Of a DNA stretch of 64,000 nucleotides, positions 40,054 through 49,244 are shown one piece after another (within the stretch, counting starts at the first letter, position 1; each line of letters starts with the position of its first letter). The position numbers and the translations under genes are program-made. The stretch lies in the IMG/VR virus record IMGVR_UViG_3300007512_000025, positions 13,428 through 77,427 of that record; one strand, written 5' to 3'. The notes below the pieces were generated by a model. It saw nothing but the letters and a program-made list of their open reading frames with translations. It had not been told where the DNA came from and ran no database searches. The stretch is from a virus.

Positions 40054-40686
40054 ATGGCAAAAGATATCGTTGACGTGGTAACAGAGGCTTTAAAAAAGAA
40101 TGGCGTTAAGCCAACTAAGTCGAGTGTTACTTATTATTATTTGAAATCACTAAAGGAGTCCTATCGCTCTCTTGGGAAGCGAAGGCGCGTTCTCAACGAA
40201 GGAGCCGACATGGACCCAGAGCAGGTACAGGCTGCGCTGGAAGATGCTGTTGGGCAGTTGACCACATTGCAGGACTACTTGAGTCCTGACAACTTGAAGC
40301 GGATGGAGGCTGCTGTTGAATTCCTCCCCCAGTTGGAAGAATTCTTTACTAGCCTGAACACACACTTTGAAATTCAAAAGCAGAAGGAAGAAGAAGCAGC
40401 GAAAGCGGCTGAAGACGAAGCTGCACAAGCCGAGGCAGAAGCCGAGGCAGAAGCCGAAGACCAAGCGGCTGAAGCTGAAGATGAAGCGGCAGAAGAAGCT
40501 GAGTCGGCAGAAGAAGAATCGGCAGCAGCAGAAGAAGAAGGAGCGGCACAACCAGAAGAAGCACCACCAGCAGAGAAGGCTCAGGCAGAGGAACCTGCCG
40601 AGGGCGGCGAAGAAGAAGGGCTTGAAGAAAAGCTTAACGAGGGCATCTTGAGCAGATGGAAGACACTTGCAAATATTAGGGGGTGA
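40054..40686 (+). CDS. Acidic Ala/Glu-rich protein, probable head core
   Basis: ACTATTTA upstream; LKES and LNEG sites; C-terminal RWKTLANI. Confidence 0.5.
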   Translation: MAKDIVDVVTEALKKNGVKPTKSSVTYYYLKSLKESYRSLGKRRRVLNEGADMDPEQVQAALEDAVGQLTTLQDYLSPDNLKRMEAAVEFLPQLEEFFTSLNTHFEIQKQKEEEAAKAAEDEAAQAEAEAEAEAEDQAAEAEDEAAEEAESAEEESAAAEEEGAAQPEEAPPAEKAQAEEPAEGGEEEGLEEKLNEGILSRWKTLANIRG

Positions 40687-40690
40687 TTCA

Positions 40691-41065
40691 ATGAGTGAGG
40701 ATAATAATGGCGAGTCCATATTGGGGCTTGAGATTTCAGACAATGAACTGTTGCCGTCCGCTCCACCCAAGCTGGCAGCACGCGGTATCAAAACATTCAC
40801 GGTAGCCCGCCGTGCGGACGAAACTGGTGTGTCAGGCACTGGTGTTGTCATAGAGGGCGTTGTGCTTGCAACAGGGCAGTGTATTGTACACTGGCTTTAC
40901 CCGCCGCCCAGAGGCGGCATTGCTATTTTCGATAGCATGAACGATTTTATTAGAGTCCACATCGGTCCACATCCTGCGAACAAGACCATCATCACATATC
41001 AAGATGGCGAGCAGCAGACATTTGGACAGAATGATGATGAGGCAGAGGAAGAAACAAATGAGTAA
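40691..41065 (+). CDS. Conserved-type phage protein
   Basis: RRADETGVSGTGVVIEGV motif. Confidence 0.6.
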   Translation: MSEDNNGESILGLEISDNELLPSAPPKLAARGIKTFTVARRADETGVSGTGVVIEGVVLATGQCIVHWLYPPPRGGIAIFDSMNDFIRVHIGPHPANKTIITYQDGEQQTFGQNDDEAEEETNE

Positions 41066-41693
41066 ATTTTATAACAGAGGAAAGTGGAAGACATTTTTAA
41101 AAGAAAGTGTACAAAACCCCGTTAAAGAGTGTGGCGAGATGCCACCGGAACCACCCATGCCCAGTGCAGTGCCAATCCCGTCCGACGATGCAGACCCGAT
41201 GGCATTAGCTGCCGAGTTGGGCGCTATCGGGCTTGACCCCGCCATGGCTCAGGGAGTTGTTGACTTGCTTCTTAGCAAGGGCTTGCTTGGCACCGCAGTT
41301 GACCCGGTTGACCCCGTTGGCGCACCGCCAATGATGGAGTCTGGAGGCTCCACTGACGGGGGTTCGGAGGGTGATTGGTATAGCGATGAATATGAAACCC
41401 TCGCAGACAAGAAGTTCGCAGATTCACAAAGGGTTGCGCCGGAAGGTGAAGCTGGTGCGGACTCCGACCTGCTCGCTCAATATTCAGAAGAAGCGGTTGA
41501 AGCGGCACAGGCGGCTCTAGAGACAATTCCTGATGCTGGTGCCCACAGTGGTGCAGCCCTTGAAAATGAAATTCATCATTATCTGGAAACAGGCTTTGGC
41601 GAAACGAAGCGACCCAGAGAGATTTTTAAAATTGCTGACGAAGCTTTGGCTGTCGCTGGTGTTATATTAGGGCTTGGGCCCGACGCTTTATAG
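41058..41693 (+). CDS. Acidic protein with tag-like N-terminus
   Basis: MSKFYNRGKWKTFLKES. Confidence 0.55.
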   Translation: MSKFYNRGKWKTFLKESVQNPVKECGEMPPEPPMPSAVPIPSDDADPMALAAELGAIGLDPAMAQGVVDLLLSKGLLGTAVDPVDPVGAPPMMESGGSTDGGSEGDWYSDEYETLADKKFADSQRVAPEGEAGADSDLLAQYSEEAVEAAQAALETIPDAGAHSGAALENEIHHYLETGFGETKRPREIFKIADEALAVAGVILGLGPDAL

Positions 41694-41710
41694 GAAGGAG
41701 AAACTACAAA

Positions 41711-42412
41711 ATGAAACTTAAAGATTTTAAAAAGCTGAATGAGGGCTGGGACAGATGGAGGCTCACCGAAGGCAAGCTTCAGTATTCTGTATCCAACACT
41801 GGCTATGGGGATGTGTATGAATTCTTCGATGAGAATGGCGAAGAGACAGAGCAGACTCTAGGAATGATGGTTCTCGACTTGGCTGATGCTGGGGTCGGAG
41901 GCTGGGCACCCGAAGAACAAATTGATAGAATGATGGCTGTCAACGCAGACCCAAACAAAAATCAAGGTGGAATGCAGAAGTGGGACAGCAGCGTCTTTGA
42001 AGATTACTATGGTGCAGACAATCAAAAGATTCTCCAAGCTTGGGGTAAGATGAATAACATGGAGCTTGAGCAAATGCCTGAAGCCGAAGACGAGTATGAA
42101 GATGATGGCGAGTATGATTTTGAGTCGTATTACAGCGAAAGCAAGAAAAGAAATAAGATTCATGAAAGTCGCATGGGTGACCTTCACATTCAAATCCAAG
42201 ATGCCTTGTCGGAAATTATGCAGCAGTACGGAGTTGGCTTAGAAGATATTGAGGGTGTCATCGGTGACATGATGTCCGACCAAGAAGAACCCCAGCCATA
42301 CGATGCCGAGGCTGATGAGCATTACGAGTGGCGTCACCAATCAGACCAAGATTTGAGAGAGCGTATCAGGAAAGCTGTCGTGCGTAAACTGCGGGAGAAT
42401 AGAAAGAAATGA
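41711..42412 (+). CDS. Acidic protein with tag-like N-terminus
   Basis: MKLKDFKKLNEGWDRWRLTEG; AAGGAG SD. Confidence 0.6.
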   Translation: MKLKDFKKLNEGWDRWRLTEGKLQYSVSNTGYGDVYEFFDENGEETEQTLGMMVLDLADAGVGGWAPEEQIDRMMAVNADPNKNQGGMQKWDSSVFEDYYGADNQKILQAWGKMNNMELEQMPEAEDEYEDDGEYDFESYYSESKKRNKIHESRMGDLHIQIQDALSEIMQQYGVGLEDIEGVIGDMMSDQEEPQPYDAEADEHYEWRHQSDQDLRERIRKAVVRKLRENRKK

Positions 42413-42813
42413 AACAGTTAATGGAAAATTGGCGACGATACCTCAAAGAGAACTATGAAGTTCCTCCCGTCCTTTATCACGCAAGCTATGGACCGCTAAT
42501 CCCATCTATTCAGAAAGATGGTCTTGGTGGCGACAGAGAAACATATTGGGAAGACTCTGCTCGTGGTGTTGTCTATCTTGCGCTTGACCCCGAAGTGGCA
42601 TTTTCTTATGCCGAAACATCTGACGATGCGTGGGATAAGTTTGAGGGTGAAGATGGACTAGAGATTGTCATCATGGAAATAGACACCACACAATTGAACC
42701 CAGAGTTATTCAAGTTGGACAGCAACGTGGCAGACAATGAGGGCGACACAGTTGAGTATCATGGTGTTGTTCAGCCTGCTGCAATTAAGGTTGTCGATAA
42801 GAGGATTGCATAG
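42409..42813 (+). CDS. Tagged ADP-ribosyltransferase-fold (Tpt1/KptA-like) protein
   Basis: MKQLMENWRRYLKE tag; LYHAS...SIQKDGL...VYLA...EYHGVVQPAAI. Confidence 0.55.
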   Translation: MKQLMENWRRYLKENYEVPPVLYHASYGPLIPSIQKDGLGGDRETYWEDSARGVVYLALDPEVAFSYAETSDDAWDKFEGEDGLEIVIMEIDTTQLNPELFKLDSNVADNEGDTVEYHGVVQPAAIKVVDKRIA

Positions 42814-43265
42814 TGAAACAGCTAATGGAAAATTGGCGAAAGCATCTCAACGAGCGCGGCAACCCCAACGAGCAACAGTTCCAAGATGCTGTTATTGATT
42901 TTGTGATGGGGCAGATGCAGACGATGGGCATGAACGCTGGCGAGCCTACGGACAGAACAAGGATTCAGAAGCAGGTACATAGTATCGTTGACTTAGCCAT
43001 CCAGCAGCTTGGCTTGGGCGAGGAACCTGAACCAGTGAACGAAGCCATCTCTCTTGACATTGAAGTCGGAGACGTTATTCTTGGCGGTAAATATAAAAAC
43101 AAGCGCATGGAAGTCAAAGAGATTGGCACCGATGAACTTGGACAGCCAACCGTTAATGGCAAACCAATTTTAAAATTCAGAATCGAGAAGCACCTTCCAG
43201 ATGAGAAAAAGTCTAAGAAGACTCTTGACATGGAAAGGGATAAAGGAGATAAATCAAATGATTAG
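42813..43265 (+). CDS. Tagged hypothetical protein
   Basis: MKQLMENWRKHLNE tag; C-terminal IEVGDVILGGKYKNK small beta domain. Confidence 0.6.
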   Translation: MKQLMENWRKHLNERGNPNEQQFQDAVIDFVMGQMQTMGMNAGEPTDRTRIQKQVHSIVDLAIQQLGLGEEPEPVNEAISLDIEVGDVILGGKYKNKRMEVKEIGTDELGQPTVNGKPILKFRIEKHLPDEKKSKKTLDMERDKGDKSND

Positions 43266-43419
43266 TAAAATTAAAAATATTTTGAGCGAGGTCAAGGAGT
43301 CCACGCTTAGTGCTTGCCTGACCGTGAAGCAGTTGGTGATGTGCAAAGCACACATGCAGGATTACATGGTCGTCGGTGCGTGCTTTGCCGCAGGCGTAGC
43401 CTTGGGGTCTTGCTTGTAG
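43258..43419 (+). CDS. Small membrane protein, paralog A
   Basis: AAGGAG SD; ends FAAGVALGSCL. Confidence 0.55.
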   Translation: MISKIKNILSEVKESTLSACLTVKQLVMCKAHMQDYMVVGACFAAGVALGSCL

Positions 43420-43431
43420 GGGAGATAACAA

Positions 43432-43839
43432 GTGAAACTTTTAATGGAGAATTGGCGGAAGTTTATGAAAGAAGCAGACGACTTTGACTGGGATGCTTTC
43501 GGGTTTTCTGATGAAGAGCGTGGGGAATCAGAAGGACGCTCTTCTCACTATGACGATTTGGTTGGCTTAGATAGAGGCGACACTTTTACTATCGGCAGCC
43601 GCAAGCCTGTTTATCGTGTCATCGGGGCACTAACTGACAGAGGGACAGCCAAGGGCTCACAAACCAAGTTAGTGGTTATTGACGGCTCTGCCGAGAGAAA
43701 GACCTACGAAATCAGGACAACGGGCGAAGATTATGAAGTAGGAGCCTTCGGTAAAGATGAGAACAACGACCACACTATACTTGTTGGTAAGACAGGATTT
43801 GTTATGAACATCGCCAAACCTGCGGGAACAAATAAATAA
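43432..43839 (+). CDS. Tagged hypothetical protein
   Basis: MKLLMENWRKFMKE tag. Confidence 0.6.
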   Translation: MKLLMENWRKFMKEADDFDWDAFGFSDEERGESEGRSSHYDDLVGLDRGDTFTIGSRKPVYRVIGALTDRGTAKGSQTKLVVIDGSAERKTYEIRTTGEDYEVGAFGKDENNDHTILVGKTGFVMNIAKPAGTNK

Positions 43840-43949
43840 AAGAATCTTCCCAAACTATTTAATATAATGGAATCAGCGAACCACTTGCCAGATGAGAAAA
43901 AGTCTAAGAAAACCCTTGACATGGAAAGGGACGAAGGAGGTAAATAACC

Positions 43950-44090
43950 ATGAAAGATTTATGTAAAGACATTAAGGATACAGCAACGCTGTTGCTAAAA
44001 CTAGCGAAGGGGCAGGGTGCCCGAACAGATTACTTGTTGATTGGCAGCGCATTCGCTGCTGGCTTGGCTATTGGAAGCTGCCTGCTGTAA
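43950..44090 (+). CDS. Small membrane protein, paralog B (not in ORF track)
   Basis: AAGGAGGT SD; MKDLCKDIK...FAAGLAIGSCLL. Confidence 0.55.
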   Translation: MKDLCKDIKDTATLLLKLAKGQGARTDYLLIGSAFAAGLAIGSCLL

Positions 44091-44104
44091 GGAGATACTG
44101 AAGT

Positions 44105-44902
44105 ATGCGGCTGATAATGGAAAGTTGGAGGAAGTATATAGTTGAAGCTACGGCTGTACCTGAAGACCAAAAGACAGGTTTTAGGCAGGCTATCGCTGAC
44201 TCAAACTTTTGGACTCAGCCGCATACTGAAGACGATGTAGACGAAGTTGGTGGTACAACCAACTTGGGTTCCCCTGCCAGTGAAGCCCTTATGTCTGCAC
44301 TTAATGCCAAGGCTGAGGAACTCGGCACAGATTTAAACTTTGTCATTACAGTGACCGCCGAAGAAGGCTACGAACTTGCGCCCGAAGACCAGTTTGGAGG
44401 ATACCCCAACAACTGGATGATGCAGGGACAGTATCGTGGACCGCAAGACGGGCTGCATGTTATTTGGATTGAGTTGCGCCCCATCTCAGAAGATTTTAAC
44501 ATGGAAGATTTAAACTCAGACGAGTTGGTAAAGAAAATCTCTCTGACGCTCAATCATGAATTGGTACACTATAACCAGTTGAAGAAGCAGTCGGCAAGCA
44601 AGGGTATCTCTGATGAAGATGCGTGGGAAGAATTGTTAGATGACCCAAAACAGATGGATAAGAGCGGAACACGCGGTGGGTACTTGAGCCGACACATCGA
44701 GGTCGATGCGTTTGCCCACGAAGCCGCTGAAGAATTATTAGATAAATATTCCGCTGAAGAAGCTCTTGATATAATTAGTCGAAAGAACCCAGACGTTGGA
44801 GGCGTGGTAGCTGACTATGTTGACGCGCTAAGTGACCAGCCGAAAGAGCTTCAGAAGTTTTGGAAAAAACTTTATACACAGATTCAGGACCAATCACGAT
44901 GA
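44105..44902 (+). CDS. Tagged zincin-like metallopeptidase
   Basis: MRLIMESWRKYIVE tag; HELVH plus downstream EVDAFAHE. Confidence 0.6.
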   Translation: MRLIMESWRKYIVEATAVPEDQKTGFRQAIADSNFWTQPHTEDDVDEVGGTTNLGSPASEALMSALNAKAEELGTDLNFVITVTAEEGYELAPEDQFGGYPNNWMMQGQYRGPQDGLHVIWIELRPISEDFNMEDLNSDELVKKISLTLNHELVHYNQLKKQSASKGISDEDAWEELLDDPKQMDKSGTRGGYLSRHIEVDAFAHEAAEELLDKYSAEEALDIISRKNPDVGGVVADYVDALSDQPKELQKFWKKLYTQIQDQSR

Positions 44903-45651
44903 AACAACTGATGGAACATTGGCGAAGGTATGTTGCTATCAACGAGGGCATCGACCCGCGCATCAAAAAGCAGTTGGATGCACTTCTTCGGTTTCCTGAA
45001 ATTGGTGTTGCGATTACAAGCGACGGCTTCGGCAAGGCTTTCAGATATGTTTTTATTACTGACCCAGAAGCAGAGCATCCACAGTTTATGGATATGGCGT
45101 TCCCCGGTGACATGACACCAGCCAAGTTGGATGCCCAAGGTCAAGATGAGGACGATTATTACATAAACCCAGAGAAGTATGAGATTTACGGTCAGGTTGA
45201 AATTTATAAATCGGAGCCACAGGGCGACGGCGAGTGTTACGATGGGCATATCATCATGGCTACAAATGCTGCGGATGGCTGGGGTCCGCTGTTATACGAG
45301 GTCGCGCTTGAGTGGGCATCGCAACGTGGCGGTGGCTTGACTGCTGACCGTGCAATTGTTTCCGACGAGGCACAAGCGGTCTGGGCAAAGTACGAGAAGC
45401 GTGGTGATGTGGATACAAAGCAGATGGACATTGACCATACTCAAATGTGGGCGAAGGATGGCTTGCCGAAAAAGAGAAAGCAATTCCCACATTTGACACC
45501 AGACAAGCCCGAGGATGACTGTGACCAAAGCAAGGCGATTCAGGTCGGCAAAGAGAAGTGGGCAGACACGCCATTATCCAAGATGTATTACAAGCCCAGC
45601 GCAGATGTTATGAAGGCTTTGAAAGCCGCAGGGAGGTTGATTGAGGTATGA
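44899..45651 (+). CDS. Tagged GNAT-like acetyltransferase
   Basis: MKQLMEHWRRYVAINE tag; GWGPLLYEVALE...SDEAQAVW. Confidence 0.5.
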   Translation: MKQLMEHWRRYVAINEGIDPRIKKQLDALLRFPEIGVAITSDGFGKAFRYVFITDPEAEHPQFMDMAFPGDMTPAKLDAQGQDEDDYYINPEKYEIYGQVEIYKSEPQGDGECYDGHIIMATNAADGWGPLLYEVALEWASQRGGGLTADRAIVSDEAQAVWAKYEKRGDVDTKQMDIDHTQMWAKDGLPKKRKQFPHLTPDKPEDDCDQSKAIQVGKEKWADTPLSKMYYKPSADVMKALKAAGRLIEV

Positions 45652-45836
45652 GAAAAAGAGATTATTTATTTAGTGTAGTGCTTTTGGCTGCTGTCGCATG
45701 GATGACAGTCGGCTGTAAAAAAAAAGTAGAGGTGGACCCGCTGGTGCCACGCACTTATGATTTACCGGCATTGGATGAAGAAGAACTTGATGATTTGCCG
45801 GAAGCAGGCGAAGAAGATACAGCGGAGCAAATGTGA
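45648..45836 (+). CDS. Small lipoprotein
   Basis: Hydrophobic signal ending TVG-C. Confidence 0.5.
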   Translation: MRKRDYLFSVVLLAAVAWMTVGCKKKVEVDPLVPRTYDLPALDEEELDDLPEAGEEDTAEQM

Positions 45837-46510
45837 TGAAGCTGTTGATGGAGCGATGGCGCAAGTATATTGACGAAGAATGTGACGAGGATGAAGTGGA
45901 GCAGCTTGCAACTTTCGCACACCAAGGGCAGACCCGAAGGGGCGGTGAACCATATATAACTCACCCCAAAGCCGCATCTGAATACGCAAAAGAATTCGGA
46001 TACTCTGACGCAATATCCGATGCAGCACTCCTTCATGATACATTAGAAGATTACCATGACCCAGCAGAGATGGCAGAATTAATAAAAAGTGTGTGCCCCG
46101 AAGCACTTCCTATCGTAAAAGAGTTGACGCATGATAAGGGAGTGGAGTATACTGACTATGTGATGTCGCTGTCTTCTGAGGCGGTAGCCGTGAAGCTGCT
46201 GGACATGTATCACAATTCACAGGATTTGCGTCCTGACTCCAAACAATATAATAAATACCACAATGCGCTTGTTGCCCTCGGTGGCAAGCCAAGTGGAATC
46301 AATGACGCTCACTGGGAAGCACTGACTTCTTTGTTGGGCGTCGAGAGTGAAATTAGCGAGCGAGACTGGCAGAAAGAATCAGAAAGGGTGACAGACCATG
46401 AACGAAATAAAGACGAGATACTTGGCGACGGTGGGCAGGAAAATAAAGCCCCTTACGAAGACGAGCCAATCAAACCCCGAAGCAAATCAGCACCACCAGC
46501 AGCGGGATAA
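45836..46510 (+). CDS. Tagged HD-domain hydrolase (RelA/SpoT/Mesh1 small alarmone hydrolase-like)
   Basis: MKLLMERWRKYIDE tag; AHQGQTRRGGEPYITHP, LLHDTLED, VKLLD.YHN. Confidence 0.75.
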   Translation: MKLLMERWRKYIDEECDEDEVEQLATFAHQGQTRRGGEPYITHPKAASEYAKEFGYSDAISDAALLHDTLEDYHDPAEMAELIKSVCPEALPIVKELTHDKGVEYTDYVMSLSSEAVAVKLLDMYHNSQDLRPDSKQYNKYHNALVALGGKPSGINDAHWEALTSLLGVESEISERDWQKESERVTDHERNKDEILGDGGQENKAPYEDEPIKPRSKSAPPAAG

Positions 46511-47065
46511 GAAAGAGAAGAAGCAGCAGAGGCAGAAAGAGGACGTGGTGACAATTTCAGATGAAGCCAAGCGGCTTTGTGGAATGAGTGACTAATTAAT
46601 TTATGAATAAGTTTCTGCGCTCAATGTTGTGGATGGCGGTCGGTGTTAATGCGGTTGTGTTCATCATAGGATTCAGCCTGCCATCGGCTGACTTATCACT
46701 GCTGGCTCTCGGCTCTGCCGGGTGCTGCCTCATCGGGATTTATACCACGAAAGAGAGGGAATAGTGTTTTTCGATGTATTCGTCGGGATTATGTTAACGC
46801 TGGTCATCGGCTTGCAGTATCTCATGATACACACTTATCAGAAAAGGCTGGATTACTTGAATCGTCAGGTGGTCGCACTCGCAAAATATAAAGAAGACAA
46901 GGGGCACATGCACAAGGTGTTCACGGGTAGTTTGGATATGGAATATCGAGGGCAGTCTGTCCGCTGCAAGGCGACATTCCATCCTAAAACAATGATATAG
47001 CATTTACGATTGTTGGTACTATTTATTATTAGCACGTTCACAAGGAGTTGGAACAAGACATGGGT

Positions 47066-47617
47066 ATGAAATTGATTATGGAAAGCTTTAGGACTTTCCT
47101 AAAAGAACAAGATTCACAATCAGCAGCTACGATGCAAGATACACCACAGCAGATGTATCATGCGGTTAGTTCTGACCAGCTTGATAGTCTCAGGGACAAC
47201 GGCATTACAAACCTTCCCAGCGAGGTGGACTTTGAAGAAGATAGCACTGGCGTGCCCTGCTCGTTAGACATGAACGATGCACAAAGGCATGGCGATGTAG
47301 TTTTGGAGTTGGATGGCGAGGGGCTTGCAGGCTCGGGTCAGTACACCTTAAACCCCAACGGTGAAACTGGTGTCCGTATCGGTATGACCGATTCTGCTTA
47401 TACGTCTGGGCATGGTGTGCATGATATGGTTGATAAGTTGGGTACAAACATCCCATTTCAGTTTGTAAAGAGAATGATATTTGCTGGCGATTCGCTTCCA
47501 AATGTGCGGAAGTTAAAAGATGGCGGGTTCGGTGGCGTCGAGATTGCTACGTTTCCACGCAGTCCTGACGAGGAAGTCCAGTCCATGTGGACTCCACCTC
47601 AGCCTGATGAAAGTTAA
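47066..47617 (+). CDS. Tagged protein, possible ART-like fold
   Basis: MKLIMESFRTFLKE tag; MYHAV...SLRDNGI...CS...VVLELD. Confidence 0.5.
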   Translation: MKLIMESFRTFLKEQDSQSAATMQDTPQQMYHAVSSDQLDSLRDNGITNLPSEVDFEEDSTGVPCSLDMNDAQRHGDVVLELDGEGLAGSGQYTLNPNGETGVRIGMTDSAYTSGHGVHDMVDKLGTNIPFQFVKRMIFAGDSLPNVRKLKDGGFGGVEIATFPRSPDEEVQSMWTPPQPDES

Positions 47618-47704
47618 ACATTTATAACCAGTTATCGTTTTTTGAGGACATTATCGTTTCATTCTTCCTATTTATAAGTTAGAAGAAGAAGGAGCGTACT
47701 ATGT

Positions 47705-48028
47705 ATGTCAATAGGAATTGGTGACCTCATACGTCTTAAAGATGATGAGCATATGCTTGTCGGTATTGGTATTGTACTTGATAAAAGAGATGATACATAC
47801 GAGTTAGCGGTTGCTATCCTAGAGAATTTCAATGATTACATGACTTCAGTCGAGGAACACTTTGAACCAGAAAGCCTATCAGAAGAAGAAAAGCAGTTAT
47901 TAAAGACGCCCGTTTATCTTGTTCTGTGGCACTCGGCAGATGACCACACGTTTTCGTCGAAGCCGATTTGGATGTACGATTCTGAGATTGAAATTGTTAA
48001 TAAAGCAATTAGGAGTGAAAAACAATAG
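47705..48028 (+). CDS. SH3/KOW-like small protein
   Basis: IGIGDLIRL...GIGIVLD...YLVLW...EIEIV. Confidence 0.55.
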   Translation: MSIGIGDLIRLKDDEHMLVGIGIVLDKRDDTYELAVAILENFNDYMTSVEEHFEPESLSEEEKQLLKTPVYLVLWHSADDHTFSSKPIWMYDSEIEIVNKAIRSEKQ

Positions 48029-48030
48029 CC

Positions 48031-48336
48031 ATGAAAACCACAACCGCACTGCTATGCCTGATGATTACTACTACGGCAGCAGCAAGTGACAAGCCGACAC
48101 ACACAACACAGACAGCCCCACCCGACTTGGTTCTAAACCAGCAGGAGAGTATCGTATCGACTGAACTTCTCATGATTCGTCTAAGGGAGCCGGTTCCAGA
48201 AGGCGAGGACGTTGGCGCTGCACTACCGCCACTGGTGCCACCAGCAACGCTGCTTTGGAATCAGGCGAGAGTAAATCCGCAGGTTCATCTGCCGTTCGTG
48301 CTAATTAAAAAAGAAAATATTAAAAAAAATCCATAA
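48031..48336 (+). CDS. Secreted hypothetical protein
   Basis: Signal-peptide-like N-terminus. Confidence 0.45.
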   Translation: MKTTTALLCLMITTTAAASDKPTHTTQTAPPDLVLNQQESIVSTELLMIRLREPVPEGEDVGAALPPLVPPATLLWNQARVNPQVHLPFVLIKKENIKKNP

Positions 48337-48658
48337 TTTACTTGACAACCACCCCCTATAATGGTATATTAACAATGTGAGGGGGGCTTTGCCTTTCACA
48401 TGAAGCAAGGAGAATGCCCATGGGCTTGGAATTGGTTGAGGTCGTGCTTGAATGCCCGCGACCCATGAACGCAAATGAGTTCGGACAGTGGGAACGGAAC
48501 AACCGTGCCGACGATATGATTCTCAGGAAAGAATATAGCCCAGTTGGTGAGGAACCAGCGGTGTTGTGGCGTGTCCTGTATATGCAGGGCGATGCTGACG
48601 ATGCAGCCATGCTGCTTTAAAAAAGTTTGAAGTCGGACATAATTTGTCCGCTTTGGCC

Positions 48659-48687
48659 TTGACATTCGTTAGAATCTATGGCATAAT
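48659..48687 (+). promoter_or_regulatory. Sigma70-type promoter
   Basis: TTGACA-17-CATAAT with TG extension. Confidence 0.65.
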
Positions 48688-48727
48688 GTATATGTAGGGT
48701 GAGAGAGAAACCTACAAGGAGTAAAAA

Positions 48728-49237
48728 ATGGAAGTTTCAAAAGCAATCAAAAAAATTGAGAAAGCCCTTGGCGTCAAAGTCACAAGGGGAGGTCACAACG
48801 ACACCAAATATCATGCGAAGTATTACTTCACTTACGGAAACTACGTTGGGTCTTTCCTGACGCAGCAAGCCTACGGTGAAGATGCCGATGGTAACTATGG
48901 GCCGAAGGACGAAGCCTACGCTCATAACTGGCACATTCGTCGTGAGAATGACCACTCTGACATGATGACGGATTACTTTGCCGGTTCTTTCCGCTCCAAT
49001 TGCACCCAGTTCATTCATGCCTTTAAGCCACCAGCACCAAAGTTTGCTGTTGGTGCCCTTGTCCGAGGCAAGGAAAACAAGCGGGCGATTCGACAAGGCT
49101 ATGCTGGGAAGACTGGGCTTGTGATGGAGGCTTCCAGTAGCAGCGTCAAGATTCAATGGCTGGGCGAAGAATACCCACCACGTTACAACTACGGATATCC
49201 CGAGCGGGACATTCAATTGGTCGCTGCTGCGGCATAA
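48728..49237 (+). CDS. Hypothetical early protein with C-terminal SH3-like module
   Basis: AAGGAG SD; FAVGALV...GLVME...KIQW. Confidence 0.6.
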   Translation: MEVSKAIKKIEKALGVKVTRGGHNDTKYHAKYYFTYGNYVGSFLTQQAYGEDADGNYGPKDEAYAHNWHIRRENDHSDMMTDYFAGSFRSNCTQFIHAFKPPAPKFAVGALVRGKENKRAIRQGYAGKTGLVMEASSSSVKIQWLGEEYPPRYNYGYPERDIQLVAAAA

Positions 49238-49244
49238 GGAGTTT

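Larger units (their letters stand above)
43191..43952 (+). repeat. ~70-bp direct repeat (43191-43260 and 43882-43952)
   Basis: CCAGATGAGAAAAAGTCTAAGAA.AC.CTTGACATGGAAAGGGA..AAGGAG is present twice. Confidence 0.85.
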
